From an uncultured Kofleriaceae bacterium (GTDB lineage: Bacteria > Myxococcota_A > Polyangia > HGW-17): a DNA stretch of 64,000 nucleotides. The DNA is taken from NCBI GenBank assembly GCA_964516435.1, contig CAZEZP010000102.1, forward strand, positions 246 through 64,245, given 5' to 3'. This document shows positions 41,627 through 50,929 of this stretch, one piece after another (the first letter of the stretch is position 1; every line of letters starts with the position of its first letter). Position numbers and translations under genes: made by a program. The notes beneath the pieces were generated by a model. It ran no database searches and had not been told where the DNA came from. It saw only the letters and a list, made by a program, of their open reading frames with translations.

Positions 41627-44179
41627 ATGCATCTCACGAAATTTTTGTTTTTGTCTCTCCTGACGGCTTCATTCCTTTTCTCGGCCTGTGACGACGGCGG
41701 CAATAAGAAGGAGAACAATACGAACAACCAGCAGAATACCTGCGATGACCTCGACTGCGGCGCACACGGCGTCTGCCGCGAGGGAGGCACGGGACCGTAC
41801 TGTGAATGCGAAACGGGCTACCAGGGCACGCACTGTGATACTTGCGCAGCCGGCTATGAACCCCAAGGCGATATGTGTATCCTTCCGGAAGACCCGTTCT
41901 TTGGCACACCGGTTGTCGATGGCACGATCACCGTGGGCGCGGGCGACTGGAGCGAGGGCCAGCGGGTGGGTACCTGCGAAACCCCCTCCGACTGGGGCGC
42001 CAACGTCCTGCATGCCCTCTACGTGGCCTATGACCAGACCAACCTCTACATCGGCGTAACTGGCTCGGTGGAAGCCCAAAACGCCCTGGCCGTGTACATC
42101 GACACGGATTACGGGCCTTCCAGCCGCGGGCTCTCGGCTCTCGGGTCGGCCACCGACAACGATGGCGCGCTGGACAACGCCCTCTCCTCCGTCATCACCA
42201 TCGCGCATACCGCCTTCCGCGCGGACTGGGCCGTGGGCACCAAGGGAATGGCCTCGGCGGGAAGCGCACTCTCGGACAACGCGGGCTGGCGCGATGTCGC
42301 CACGGATCCGGCCGACTTCCACTGGAAATCCGGCGTGCTGGTGTCGGGAAGCGCCGGGTTCGAAGCGGCCATCCCGCTGACCGACCTCTTCGGCGGCCTG
42401 CCGCCGGATGGAACGCAAGTGGCCGTGTTCGCCCGACTGGTCAACGAGGACGGACAATATCTGTCCAATCAGACAGTACCGATGGACAGACCGGAGAGGC
42501 CCGACACCGTCAACGAGGTGGCCGTGATCACACTGCGTTCCGGTCAGACCAACCCCTGCGACCAGGACGGTTTCTGCGAAGCCGGCGAGAATTTCAGCAA
42601 CTGTCCCGATGATTGCCCCATGACGGGCGAATGCGGCGACCCCAACGAGTTCCTGTGGGAAGACGCCGTGATGTACTTCGTGCTGGTGGACCGCTTCTTC
42701 GACAGCGACGGCCAGCGCCAGGAAGTGCCGGGGGTAGACTGGGCCGCCCAGTTCCAGGGCGGCGACTGGAACGGCGTGACCGCCAAGTTGTCCTACCTGG
42801 CGGATCTGGGCGTCAACACCCTGTGGCTGTCGGCTCCCTACAAGAACCGCGATCTGCCGGGAGCGGCCATCGACCCGGGCAGCGATTCCCATCTGTACTC
42901 GGCCTATCATGGCTACTGGCCCTCCCCCGCCAACATCGACTATTCCGACCCCAACAATCCGCAGCCCACCCCCACCGTGGAAAGCCGCCTGGGAACGGCC
43001 GCCGACCTGCACACGCTGGTGGATTCGGCGCATGCCGAGAACATGTTCGTGCTCTTCGACTACGTCATGAACCACGTCGATGACCAATCGGGCCTGTATG
43101 CGGCCCACCAGGACTGGTTCTACCGGGAGAACGGCAATCCCGTGCTGTGCTCTCCCAACTACTGGAACGACCCGTACTATGGCACCCGCTGCGCGTTCAC
43201 GCCGTACCTGCCGGCCTTCGACTACTATCAGTCCTGGGTGCGCCAGTGGTCCGTGGCCGATGCCCTGTGGTGGGCCCAGGCGTACGGCATCGACGGCTAC
43301 CGCCTCGACGCCATCAAGCACGTCCCGATGGAATGGCTCACGGAACTGCGCACAGCGCTCAATGCACGCTTTTCCAGCCCTGCGGGCGGACGCTTCTACC
43401 TCGTGGGCGAAACCTATGATTACGACAACCGGCAGGTGCTCAAGAATTTCGTAGACCCCGCGACCAAACTGGACGGCCAGTTCGATTTCCCGCTGCGCAA
43501 GCGCATCTGCGACGCCATCTTCAAGCGCAGCATGAGTCTGGACGACCTGTTCAACTTCTGGAACGAAAACGACAACTTCTACGGCCCCGGCTCGCTCATG
43601 TCCACCTGGATCGGCAATCACGACATCCCGCGGGCCATCCACTTCGCCTCCGGACAGATCGACGACTGCTACCAGGGCTCCTGGGTGGGCAATTCCTGGA
43701 ATCCCGGCGCCTTCCAGCAGCCCGGCGACGCCGCCCCCTACGAGCGGCTGGCGCTGGCGTTCGGCCTGCTTCTGACCAACCGCGGTGTGCCCCTCATCTA
43801 CTACGGCGACGAAATCGGCATGGCCGGCGGCGGCGACCCGGACAACCGGCGCATGATGATGTGGGACGGCCTGAATGCGCATCAGACCCAGTTGCGCGAA
43901 ACGGTGCGCCGCCTGCTGCAGATCCGGCGCGAGAACATCGCCCTGCGCCGCGGCCGGCGCGTCACCGTCACGGGCGGCTGGGACACGTTCGCCTACAAGC
44001 TCACGGGCTGCGGCGAATCCGAAGACGTGTACGTGCTCGCCAACCGCTCGGACAATGCGGCTTCCGTCTCCGGACTCCCCGCCGGCACCTGGCGCGAGCT
44101 GCTCACCGGCGGCACGCAGACGGGCGGCTCCCCGGTGGAGATTCCCGCCCGTAGCCTGCGGATCTTCAAGGCCAACTGA
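41627..44179 (+). CDS. GH13 alpha-amylase family lipoprotein with EGF-like and DOMON/CBM9-like domains
   Basis: Lipobox FSAC, EGF CGAHGVC..CEC.TGYQG..C, GGDWNG, YHGYW, DYVMNH, catalytic RLDAIKH / VGE / NHD. Confidence 0.9.
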   Translation: MHLTKFLFLSLLTASFLFSACDDGGNKKENNTNNQQNTCDDLDCGAHGVCREGGTGPYCECETGYQGTHCDTCAAGYEPQGDMCILPEDPFFGTPVVDGTITVGAGDWSEGQRVGTCETPSDWGANVLHALYVAYDQTNLYIGVTGSVEAQNALAVYIDTDYGPSSRGLSALGSATDNDGALDNALSSVITIAHTAFRADWAVGTKGMASAGSALSDNAGWRDVATDPADFHWKSGVLVSGSAGFEAAIPLTDLFGGLPPDGTQVAVFARLVNEDGQYLSNQTVPMDRPERPDTVNEVAVITLRSGQTNPCDQDGFCEAGENFSNCPDDCPMTGECGDPNEFLWEDAVMYFVLVDRFFDSDGQRQEVPGVDWAAQFQGGDWNGVTAKLSYLADLGVNTLWLSAPYKNRDLPGAAIDPGSDSHLYSAYHGYWPSPANIDYSDPNNPQPTPTVESRLGTAADLHTLVDSAHAENMFVLFDYVMNHVDDQSGLYAAHQDWFYRENGNPVLCSPNYWNDPYYGTRCAFTPYLPAFDYYQSWVRQWSVADALWWAQAYGIDGYRLDAIKHVPMEWLTELRTALNARFSSPAGGRFYLVGETYDYDNRQVLKNFVDPATKLDGQFDFPLRKRICDAIFKRSMSLDDLFNFWNENDNFYGPGSLMSTWIGNHDIPRAIHFASGQIDDCYQGSWVGNSWNPGAFQQPGDAAPYERLALAFGLLLTNRGVPLIYYGDEIGMAGGGDPDNRRMMMWDGLNAHQTQLRETVRRLLQIRRENIALRRGRRVTVTGGWDTFAYKLTGCGESEDVYVLANRSDNAASVSGLPAGTWRELLTGGTQTGGSPVEIPARSLRIFKAN

Positions 44180-44198
44180 CCCGCACGGAGGTGGAATC

Positions 44199-46343
44199 GT
44201 GCATCATTTTCGCCTGCCTTTTTTGTTCTTCTTTCTGGCGATGAACGCCTGCAGCCCGCATGGATCCCCGGTCTCCTGCCCGAAGCCCGCCGCAGTGGTG
44301 GCCCCGCATGAGAGCGGTGTAGCACAAAAAAATCAAGAGGAAGCCATGCCCGCAAATGAAAAAAATACGCCCAATCCCCGGATTCCCGCGGCGCTGGTGG
44401 AGGAAGTCATCCAGAAACTCAAGGGCGGCAACGAGAATCCCGCGGATCACGAACGCATCGAACGCGGCGTGCGGCAGGCCGCGGACCTCTGGGACACGAC
44501 CCGGGACGGCGCCCCCGAAACCTTCGCCGCCTTCTGCGAAACACACTTCGCCCCGGCGGGGCCCGCGCTCGACGCCCTGTACGAACGCCTCGCCCACGCG
44601 CTGGAGGTGCTCAAGGGCCACAATGCCCGCATGCGCCTGGACCTGAGCCGCCGGGTGCAACTGGATCTGGGCGAAATCCTGCCCATCGACCGCTGGCTGG
44701 CCGAATACGAACCCTCCGCCCATCTGATCGACGACCTCTTCGCCAACAGGGTGGCCTTCCTGACCATCCTGAACTTCCCCCACTACACGCTGGAAGAGAA
44801 GAAAGCCCTGCATGCGAAATGGAACCGCCGGCAGTGGGCCCATGCACGGCTGGGCGACGTCTTCACGGCCCGCGTGCCGGCCGCCGTGCGCCAGACCATC
44901 GAAACAGCATTCACGCAAGCCGATGACTATATTTCAAATTATAATATTCATATGGGAAAAGTTATAACACCTGAGGGAAAAACGCTTTTCCCGGCCGACA
45001 TGAAGCTCATCACACACTGGAATCTGCGCGATGAAATCAAGAGCCGCTATGCGGACCGGGAGAACGGGCTGACCGCGCAACGCGTCATCCTGTCCATCAT
45101 GCGGCGCATCGTGGACCAGAGCATCCCCGTGGAGGTCATCGACCGCGGCGAGTTCACATGGGATCCGGCGGCCAACCGTCTCACGCGCGACGGGCGGGAG
45201 CTCACGGGCACGCCCGAGGGCGAACGGCGCTATGCCGTGCTGCTGCGCAACTTCCAGGCCGTTCGGGCCGAAGACGCCTTCTCGCCGCGCCACCCCACCT
45301 ACATCCAGCGGGTGTTCGACCGGGACCTCGAATACACGGAAACGGAAATCGAAAAGCTCTTCGTGGAACTGGTTTCCTCCCCGCTGGCGGCCGAGGTCGG
45401 CAAAGTCATCGAAAAGCGGCTGGGACGCAAACTGGAGCCCTTCGACATCTGGTACGACGGGTTCAAGGCGCGCGCCTCCCTCTCCCAGGAAAAGCTCACC
45501 GAAACAACACGCAAAAAATATCCGACGGCGCAAGCCTTCTCCAGGGACATCCCGCGCATCCTCAAGCAACTGGGGTTTCCCCCGGACAAGGCCGAATCCA
45601 TCGCCCGCCGCATCGTGGTGGATCCCGCCCGCGGCGCCGGCCACGCGTGGGGCGCGCTCATGCGCTCGGATGTGAGCCACCTGCGCACGCGGATTGGCGC
45701 CAAGGGAATGGATTACAAGGGCTACAACATCGCCGTGCATGAACTCGGCCACAACGTGGAGCAGACGCTCACCCTGCAGGACGTGGACGAATACCTGCTC
45801 ACGGGCGTGCCCAACACGGCATTCACCGAAGCCTGGGCCTTCATCTTCCAGCACCGCGACCTGGAACTGCTGGGCATGCCAGCCAGAGACCCGCAAGCGG
45901 CCGTGCTCGACGTGCTGGACAATTTCTGGTCATCCTACGAAATCATGGGCGTGGCGCTGGTGGACATGCGCGTCTGGCGCTGGCTCTACGCCCACCCGGA
46001 GGCGAACGCCGCCCAGTTGAAGGATACCGTGCTCGCCACCGCCCGGGACGTGTGGAACGCCTATTATGCCCCCGTCTTCGGCACGAAGGACGAAATCCTG
46101 CTGGCCATCTACAGCCACATGATCGACTATCCGCTGTACCTCCCCGCCTATCCCATCGGGCATCTGGCGGAATTCCAGATGGAAGCATTCCTGCGCGGCA
46201 AGGTCCTGGGCCGCGAGATGGCGCGCATCTGCGCGCAGGGACGCCTGCTGCCGGATGCCTGGATGCAGGGTGCCGTGGGTGCGCCGCTCTCGGTGAAGCC
46301 CACGCTGGAAGCCACCCGGCGCGCGCTGGATTCGCTTCGCTGA
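44199..46343 (+). CDS. uncharacterised lipoprotein with HExxH..E gluzincin-like motif
   Basis: Lipobox MNAC. AVHELGH followed 26 residues later by E in NTAFTEAW. Confidence 0.7.
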   Translation: MHHFRLPFLFFFLAMNACSPHGSPVSCPKPAAVVAPHESGVAQKNQEEAMPANEKNTPNPRIPAALVEEVIQKLKGGNENPADHERIERGVRQAADLWDTTRDGAPETFAAFCETHFAPAGPALDALYERLAHALEVLKGHNARMRLDLSRRVQLDLGEILPIDRWLAEYEPSAHLIDDLFANRVAFLTILNFPHYTLEEKKALHAKWNRRQWAHARLGDVFTARVPAAVRQTIETAFTQADDYISNYNIHMGKVITPEGKTLFPADMKLITHWNLRDEIKSRYADRENGLTAQRVILSIMRRIVDQSIPVEVIDRGEFTWDPAANRLTRDGRELTGTPEGERRYAVLLRNFQAVRAEDAFSPRHPTYIQRVFDRDLEYTETEIEKLFVELVSSPLAAEVGKVIEKRLGRKLEPFDIWYDGFKARASLSQEKLTETTRKKYPTAQAFSRDIPRILKQLGFPPDKAESIARRIVVDPARGAGHAWGALMRSDVSHLRTRIGAKGMDYKGYNIAVHELGHNVEQTLTLQDVDEYLLTGVPNTAFTEAWAFIFQHRDLELLGMPARDPQAAVLDVLDNFWSSYEIMGVALVDMRVWRWLYAHPEANAAQLKDTVLATARDVWNAYYAPVFGTKDEILLAIYSHMIDYPLYLPAYPIGHLAEFQMEAFLRGKVLGREMARICAQGRLLPDAWMQGAVGAPLSVKPTLEATRRALDSLR

Positions 46344-46478
46344 CCGCTTCCTCCAGTTTTCCGTCCGTCGGGGCGAAATCCGCGGCCAGCTTGACTTTTC
46401 CCGGAATCGCGGCAAGAAAAGAAAAGCTGCCCGTTTCCGTTCGTGATTCCCATTTTTGCAGCTACTGGAGGAAACCCC

Positions 46479-47249
46479 ATGAAGAATCTCGCGACCTTCC
46501 TTTGCGGACTCGTCCTCTGGATCGCCGTGGAACCGGCTTCTGCCCAGCAGCCCCCGTGGCTTCCGCCGGCGCCGGCTCCCGTGATCTCCGCCGAATCGCA
46601 CGTCCTGCCGCCCGACATCCGCGCGGACGAGTCCGACGTCATCCTGCGCAAATTCGGCTTCGGCGCCGAGTTCCGCATGAATGTGGTCCCGGAATTCTTC
46701 CTCAACCTGTTCCTGCGCGCGGCCCACGAGGTGAAGAGTCCTTCGTTCGCGGGAAAATTCATCTATCGCACCCGCACCACGGACGTGGTCATCAAGGGCG
46801 CCTACTGGGACATCCAGGCTCCCGACGGTAACTGGATGGGCATCAACCACGACTGGGAAGACATGGACTACGTGGAGTTCAAGAACTTCCGCTTCGCGTG
46901 GGGACAGATCAGCGTGATGTGGAACCAGCCGCTGATCACGGGCCTGTATTTCATCTACGGCGGCGGCATCGGCGCAGGCGCCGTGCTCGGCGACATCTAC
47001 ACCACGCCAGCCTATGGCTGCACGGCCGACAACTGGCGCGATGCCTCGACCACGCCCCTGATCGGCTGCTGGCACTCCTCCCTGGATCCCGATCGCGAGA
47101 AGGAGGACATCCCGGGCGTGATGGCCGCGCTCGAAGCCACCGTGGGGCTGCGCTACGATTTGTTCTCCAACGTGAGTTTCAAACTGGAAACCGGCCTGTT
47201 CCTGCCCGGCTTCTGGCACGTCACCGGCTCCGTGGAACTGCTCTTCTGA
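46479..47249 (+). CDS. secreted, probable outer-membrane beta-barrel protein
   Basis: Signal peptide, alternating amphipathic strands, C-terminal Phe (VTGSVELLF). Confidence 0.6.
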   Translation: MKNLATFLCGLVLWIAVEPASAQQPPWLPPAPAPVISAESHVLPPDIRADESDVILRKFGFGAEFRMNVVPEFFLNLFLRAAHEVKSPSFAGKFIYRTRTTDVVIKGAYWDIQAPDGNWMGINHDWEDMDYVEFKNFRFAWGQISVMWNQPLITGLYFIYGGGIGAGAVLGDIYTTPAYGCTADNWRDASTTPLIGCWHSSLDPDREKEDIPGVMAALEATVGLRYDLFSNVSFKLETGLFLPGFWHVTGSVELLF

Positions 47250-47353
47250 TCGCCCTGCTCTCCCCGTCCCCGTTTCCCATCTGAAAACGGAAAGGGCCGA
47301 AAAGAAAAAATTTTCGCATACCCAGCGTCTCCATTCCAGATGGAGACATCCGG

Positions 47354-48379
47354 TCAGGCATCGGCATCGAGTCCCAGCGCCACGAAGATCACGGCCAGCG
47401 CTTCCAGCAGTTCCGATGGGATGGGCTCCTGCTCGTCGATCTCGCACAGCGCCCTCGCCAGCCGCGGGTCCTGCACCACGGGCACGCCCGCACGGCGCGC
47501 CAGCCGCTTGAACTTCCGGGCGGCCTCGCCACGGGTCCGCGCCAGCACGAAGGGTTCACGGGATTCATCCATTCCAACGGCCACGGCGACATGTTCGGGA
47601 TTCACGATCACCACCTTCGCCTGGGAAACGAGCCGATGCTCCGGGGGCATGGCCAGCAGGCGCTCGAAAAAACTGCGGCGCTGCATCCGCACGTGCGGGT
47701 CGCCTTCCTGCTGCCGGTGCTCCTCCTGGATTTCCCGGCGGGTCATGCGCAACTCCCGCGCATGGCGCCACAGCACGATCCCAACGTCCATGGCGGAAAG
47801 CAAGAACAGCACCCCGAACTGCATCCACAGCAGCCGGCGAAAGAGTTCGGCAAAACGCGGCAGTTGCGGATCCGCCTGCAGAACGAGCACGTCGCCGCGC
47901 ACCATCCACAGCAGCAGCATGCCGCCCAGCGCCAAAAAGAGCACGAACGGCAGCGCCACCAGGGCATCCGTCAACGCCCGGCGGCTCCAGATTTTCCCGA
48001 GTCCGCGGGAGGGCGACAGGTTTTCCCAGCGGGGCCGCAGGCGAAGGAAGTTGGGCACCAGACCCGTCTGGACCCACCCCGCGAGCAGCGCCCCGGCTAC
48101 CCCCAGCACCCAGAAGGGCCACGAAACCCGCACGAACACACCGGCAGCTTCGAACAGCATTCTTTCCGGACTTTCCATCTGCAGCGAAAATGCCCGCCGG
48201 GAAAAATCCGCCAGCGCCCAGGCTGCCGCCTGCACCAGCGCCGCGAAAAACAGCACGAACAGGCAATGATGCAAGAGCGGGGAAACCTTGCGCGAATACG
48301 CGACCTGCCCGCGCTTCCATGCCTCCCGCTTCCGGCGGGGAGTCGCCGGTTCGCTGCGTTCCTGGGCCTCATCCGCCAT
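47354..48379 (-). CDS. FlhB/SctU (EscU/YscU) export switch family protein, NPEH variant
   Basis: ERSEPATPRRKREA..RGQVAYS, four TM, MTRREIQEEHRQQEGDPHVRMQRR, VIVNPEHVAVA, GVPVVQDPRLARAL..EPIP.EL.EALAVI. Confidence 0.82.
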   Translation of the reverse strand: MADEAQERSEPATPRRKREAWKRGQVAYSRKVSPLLHHCLFVLFFAALVQAAAWALADFSRRAFSLQMESPERMLFEAAGVFVRVSWPFWVLGVAGALLAGWVQTGLVPNFLRLRPRWENLSPSRGLGKIWSRRALTDALVALPFVLFLALGGMLLLWMVRGDVLVLQADPQLPRFAELFRRLLWMQFGVLFLLSAMDVGIVLWRHARELRMTRREIQEEHRQQEGDPHVRMQRRSFFERLLAMPPEHRLVSQAKVVIVNPEHVAVAVGMDESREPFVLARTRGEAARKFKRLARRAGVPVVQDPRLARALCEIDEQEPIPSELLEALAVIFVALGLDADA

Positions 48380-48439
48380 GCGGGTCCTCCCTTCCTTCAG
48401 GCATCATTTTCGGAAAAGCGCAGAAAAGGTTGCCACGAA

Positions 48440-50926
48440 TCAGCGAACCTGGAACGTATCGTCCAGCGCGAGGTTGCGGGCCAGCACGCGCACGAACTGG
48501 CCGATGTACGAGGAGCCGCCGCTGGAATCGGCCATGTCGAGAATGTAGAGATAGCCGTCGGGCCCGGCCCCGACCCACGACGGAAACCGCACGGCCACAT
48601 CCTTGCCGAAACGGCCGAATCCCGCCAGGACGTTGAACTGGGCCCGGTACTGCACCGGGATTTCCGCAGTTTCATCCATCGTCATGCGCAGGGTGAAAAA
48701 TGGTGTGACTTGCTCGCCACCCTGGCGGGGCAGCCGGTAATCGAACGTGCCCGGAATATCCGCGCAGGCGCGCTGCGGCCCCACGGCTTCCCGGTATGGC
48801 CGGTACGGCGTTCCCGACCCGGTCAGCACGAAACTGCCATGGGAGCGCACTTCATAAATCTGCGGTCCCGAAAGGCACCAGAAAGAATTCATCTCGGGCC
48901 AGAGCGCGCCGACGCACGTGCCCAGAGTCTCTCCCTCGGCCCTGCGGCACACGGCGCCCTGCTTCCAGCCGAAGACCCGGCAATCCAGATCCGACGTACA
49001 GGTCGACGGCGCGTGCGTTTCCCGGTCGGCATATTCCAGCGGAGCCAGCAGCAGGGCATCGGCCCACACGTCCGTCACGAGGAATTCCCGATCCGATGCC
49101 AGAAAACGCGAGCAGGCATTGGTGAAATCCTGGGCATGCTCCTTCGGGAAGCACAGTCCCGGCAGATCCTGGCGCTGCATGGGCGTGCGGCGGCACACCT
49201 GATCATCCAGGCAATCCTCCGAGGAATCGCAGCCCACGATGCGTAGCACGTCTCCTGCGCGCACCCCAGCGGCGCAGTAGTTGGCGCCCATGTCATAGAA
49301 GAACAAATCGGGAGCCGAGGAGGCATCCCGATCCGCCACGCCCCAGCGCCGGGCGGACCCCGGCAGCACGCCATCCCACACGAGGCTCCAGGTTTCAGAA
49401 CGCATGAAGTAGCCGTCCATGTCGTGCAGGTGCAGCCCATCGTCGAAGGGAACGATTTGCGGAAGGCCGCCGGAGGGGAGCGTGGGGGAATCCTCGATGT
49501 AGTAGGAAACCGGCGTTTCCATGCGCGGACGGCCGCCGGAAGAGGAGTTCTCCCCGATGTCCACGGCATTGCGGAACCGGTGCGCCAGCACTTCCTCCGG
49601 CCATGTCTGGACCTCGCCTGCGCCCAGCCGGTAATCGAACACGTCCTGCGTGAAGGCTTCATCCAGATTGAGAACGTAGAGCACGCCGTCCCAGGACACC
49701 GCCGCGCCGAAGATCCCCAGCAGCGTGGTCTTTTCCCGGGGATCCTCGTTTTCCGTGTTCTCCGGGCGCTCGAAGAAGGCCACATCCTGGAGCGGCCGGT
49801 TCTCCGAGAGTTGGATGCCGGGCGAAAGCGCCAGAAAATGCCGCGGCGCCGTACCCACGGGCAGGCATCCCCGCTCCGGCGAATCGATGCCGAGAGCCGG
49901 CAACTGGCGCGTATCGGCCTGCGTTTCGCACTCCACGCGATCGGACAGCCGCACCACCCGGATGTCGCCGGCGTTCGTCACGGCATACAGGAAACGGCCC
50001 CAGCGGGTCTGCGGCGTGATGCGCAACCTGCCAAACCCGCGGGTTTCCCCGTCCAGCCGCACGGGTTCCGCCGCCAGCGGTTCTCCCGAATCCGCGTCCA
50101 GGTCCAGCGCCAGCAGGACATCGGGCGCATCGGGAGAATTCGCGTTGAGCCCCACGAACAGCGTGGTGGATTCTACCACCAGGGGCATGGGACTCCAGCG
50201 GACTGGCGAGGCATCGGCTGTGCCGTTCTCCTCCGGACAATCGGCCATGGAAAGAGGTTCCAGATACGGAGATTCGCCGGAAAGCCGGTAGGCCGACACC
50301 ACCTGCCCGGAGGCATCCACGCGCGCCAGCGCCTGGCAGCCCGGAAACGTCAGCCATGCATCCGGAAAAACGCCCTTCGTTTCGATGGCGAAGGGAACGG
50401 AAGAGAGAGGTACGCCCTGTTCCGTCAAAGGCATTGTCGCGGGCGCTTCCGCCGGCGTCTCCCCCCGAGCCATGGCCAGAAGGGCCGACACGGGCACCCG
50501 CACCAGCCGCGACGGACGAAAGGCCGCCACGCTCACGACGCCTGCAGCGTCATCATAGGCCATGTCCTGCAACTGCATGCCCACGGGAAAGAAGTTGTAG
50601 CCTGGAGAGAGGGAATCCAGATCCACCAGTTTCTTTTCCTTGAGATCCACGAGCGCCAGTTCGCCGCGGGCCGAGAGCGCAATGACCGCGAAATTCCGCG
50701 TATTGGAGGGATTTTCGCTGCACGATTGCCGGGTTTCCCTCTGCCAGTGTCCCGCATCGTCCTTGCGGGCGCAGAAGAAAATGGCGGAAACGGGGCGCTC
50801 CAACTGGCGTTCGGGAAGTTCCTCGGAACTGTCGTCACAGGCCGAAACCAGCCCGAGAGCCCAAAACGCCACGAGGACGCCGCCCCAATACGACCAGCCC
50901 CGCACGGGGAAAAATGACATGCGCAT
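48440..50926 (-). CDS. uncharacterised large lipoprotein
   Basis: Lipobox VSAC, beta-rich and Cys-containing, 828 aa with coding-type GC3. Confidence 0.7.
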   Translation of the reverse strand: MRMSFFPVRGWSYWGGVLVAFWALGLVSACDDSSEELPERQLERPVSAIFFCARKDDAGHWQRETRQSCSENPSNTRNFAVIALSARGELALVDLKEKKLVDLDSLSPGYNFFPVGMQLQDMAYDDAAGVVSVAAFRPSRLVRVPVSALLAMARGETPAEAPATMPLTEQGVPLSSVPFAIETKGVFPDAWLTFPGCQALARVDASGQVVSAYRLSGESPYLEPLSMADCPEENGTADASPVRWSPMPLVVESTTLFVGLNANSPDAPDVLLALDLDADSGEPLAAEPVRLDGETRGFGRLRITPQTRWGRFLYAVTNAGDIRVVRLSDRVECETQADTRQLPALGIDSPERGCLPVGTAPRHFLALSPGIQLSENRPLQDVAFFERPENTENEDPREKTTLLGIFGAAVSWDGVLYVLNLDEAFTQDVFDYRLGAGEVQTWPEEVLAHRFRNAVDIGENSSSGGRPRMETPVSYYIEDSPTLPSGGLPQIVPFDDGLHLHDMDGYFMRSETWSLVWDGVLPGSARRWGVADRDASSAPDLFFYDMGANYCAAGVRAGDVLRIVGCDSSEDCLDDQVCRRTPMQRQDLPGLCFPKEHAQDFTNACSRFLASDREFLVTDVWADALLLAPLEYADRETHAPSTCTSDLDCRVFGWKQGAVCRRAEGETLGTCVGALWPEMNSFWCLSGPQIYEVRSHGSFVLTGSGTPYRPYREAVGPQRACADIPGTFDYRLPRQGGEQVTPFFTLRMTMDETAEIPVQYRAQFNVLAGFGRFGKDVAVRFPSWVGAGPDGYLYILDMADSSGGSSYIGQFVRVLARNLALDDTFQVR

Positions 50927-50929
50927 CGC

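Noticed and set aside
47327-47347. Hairpin GTCTCCAT-N5-ATGGAGAC between convergent genes as an intrinsic terminator
   Set aside because: No adjacent U-tract on either strand, so it was not called as a terminator.
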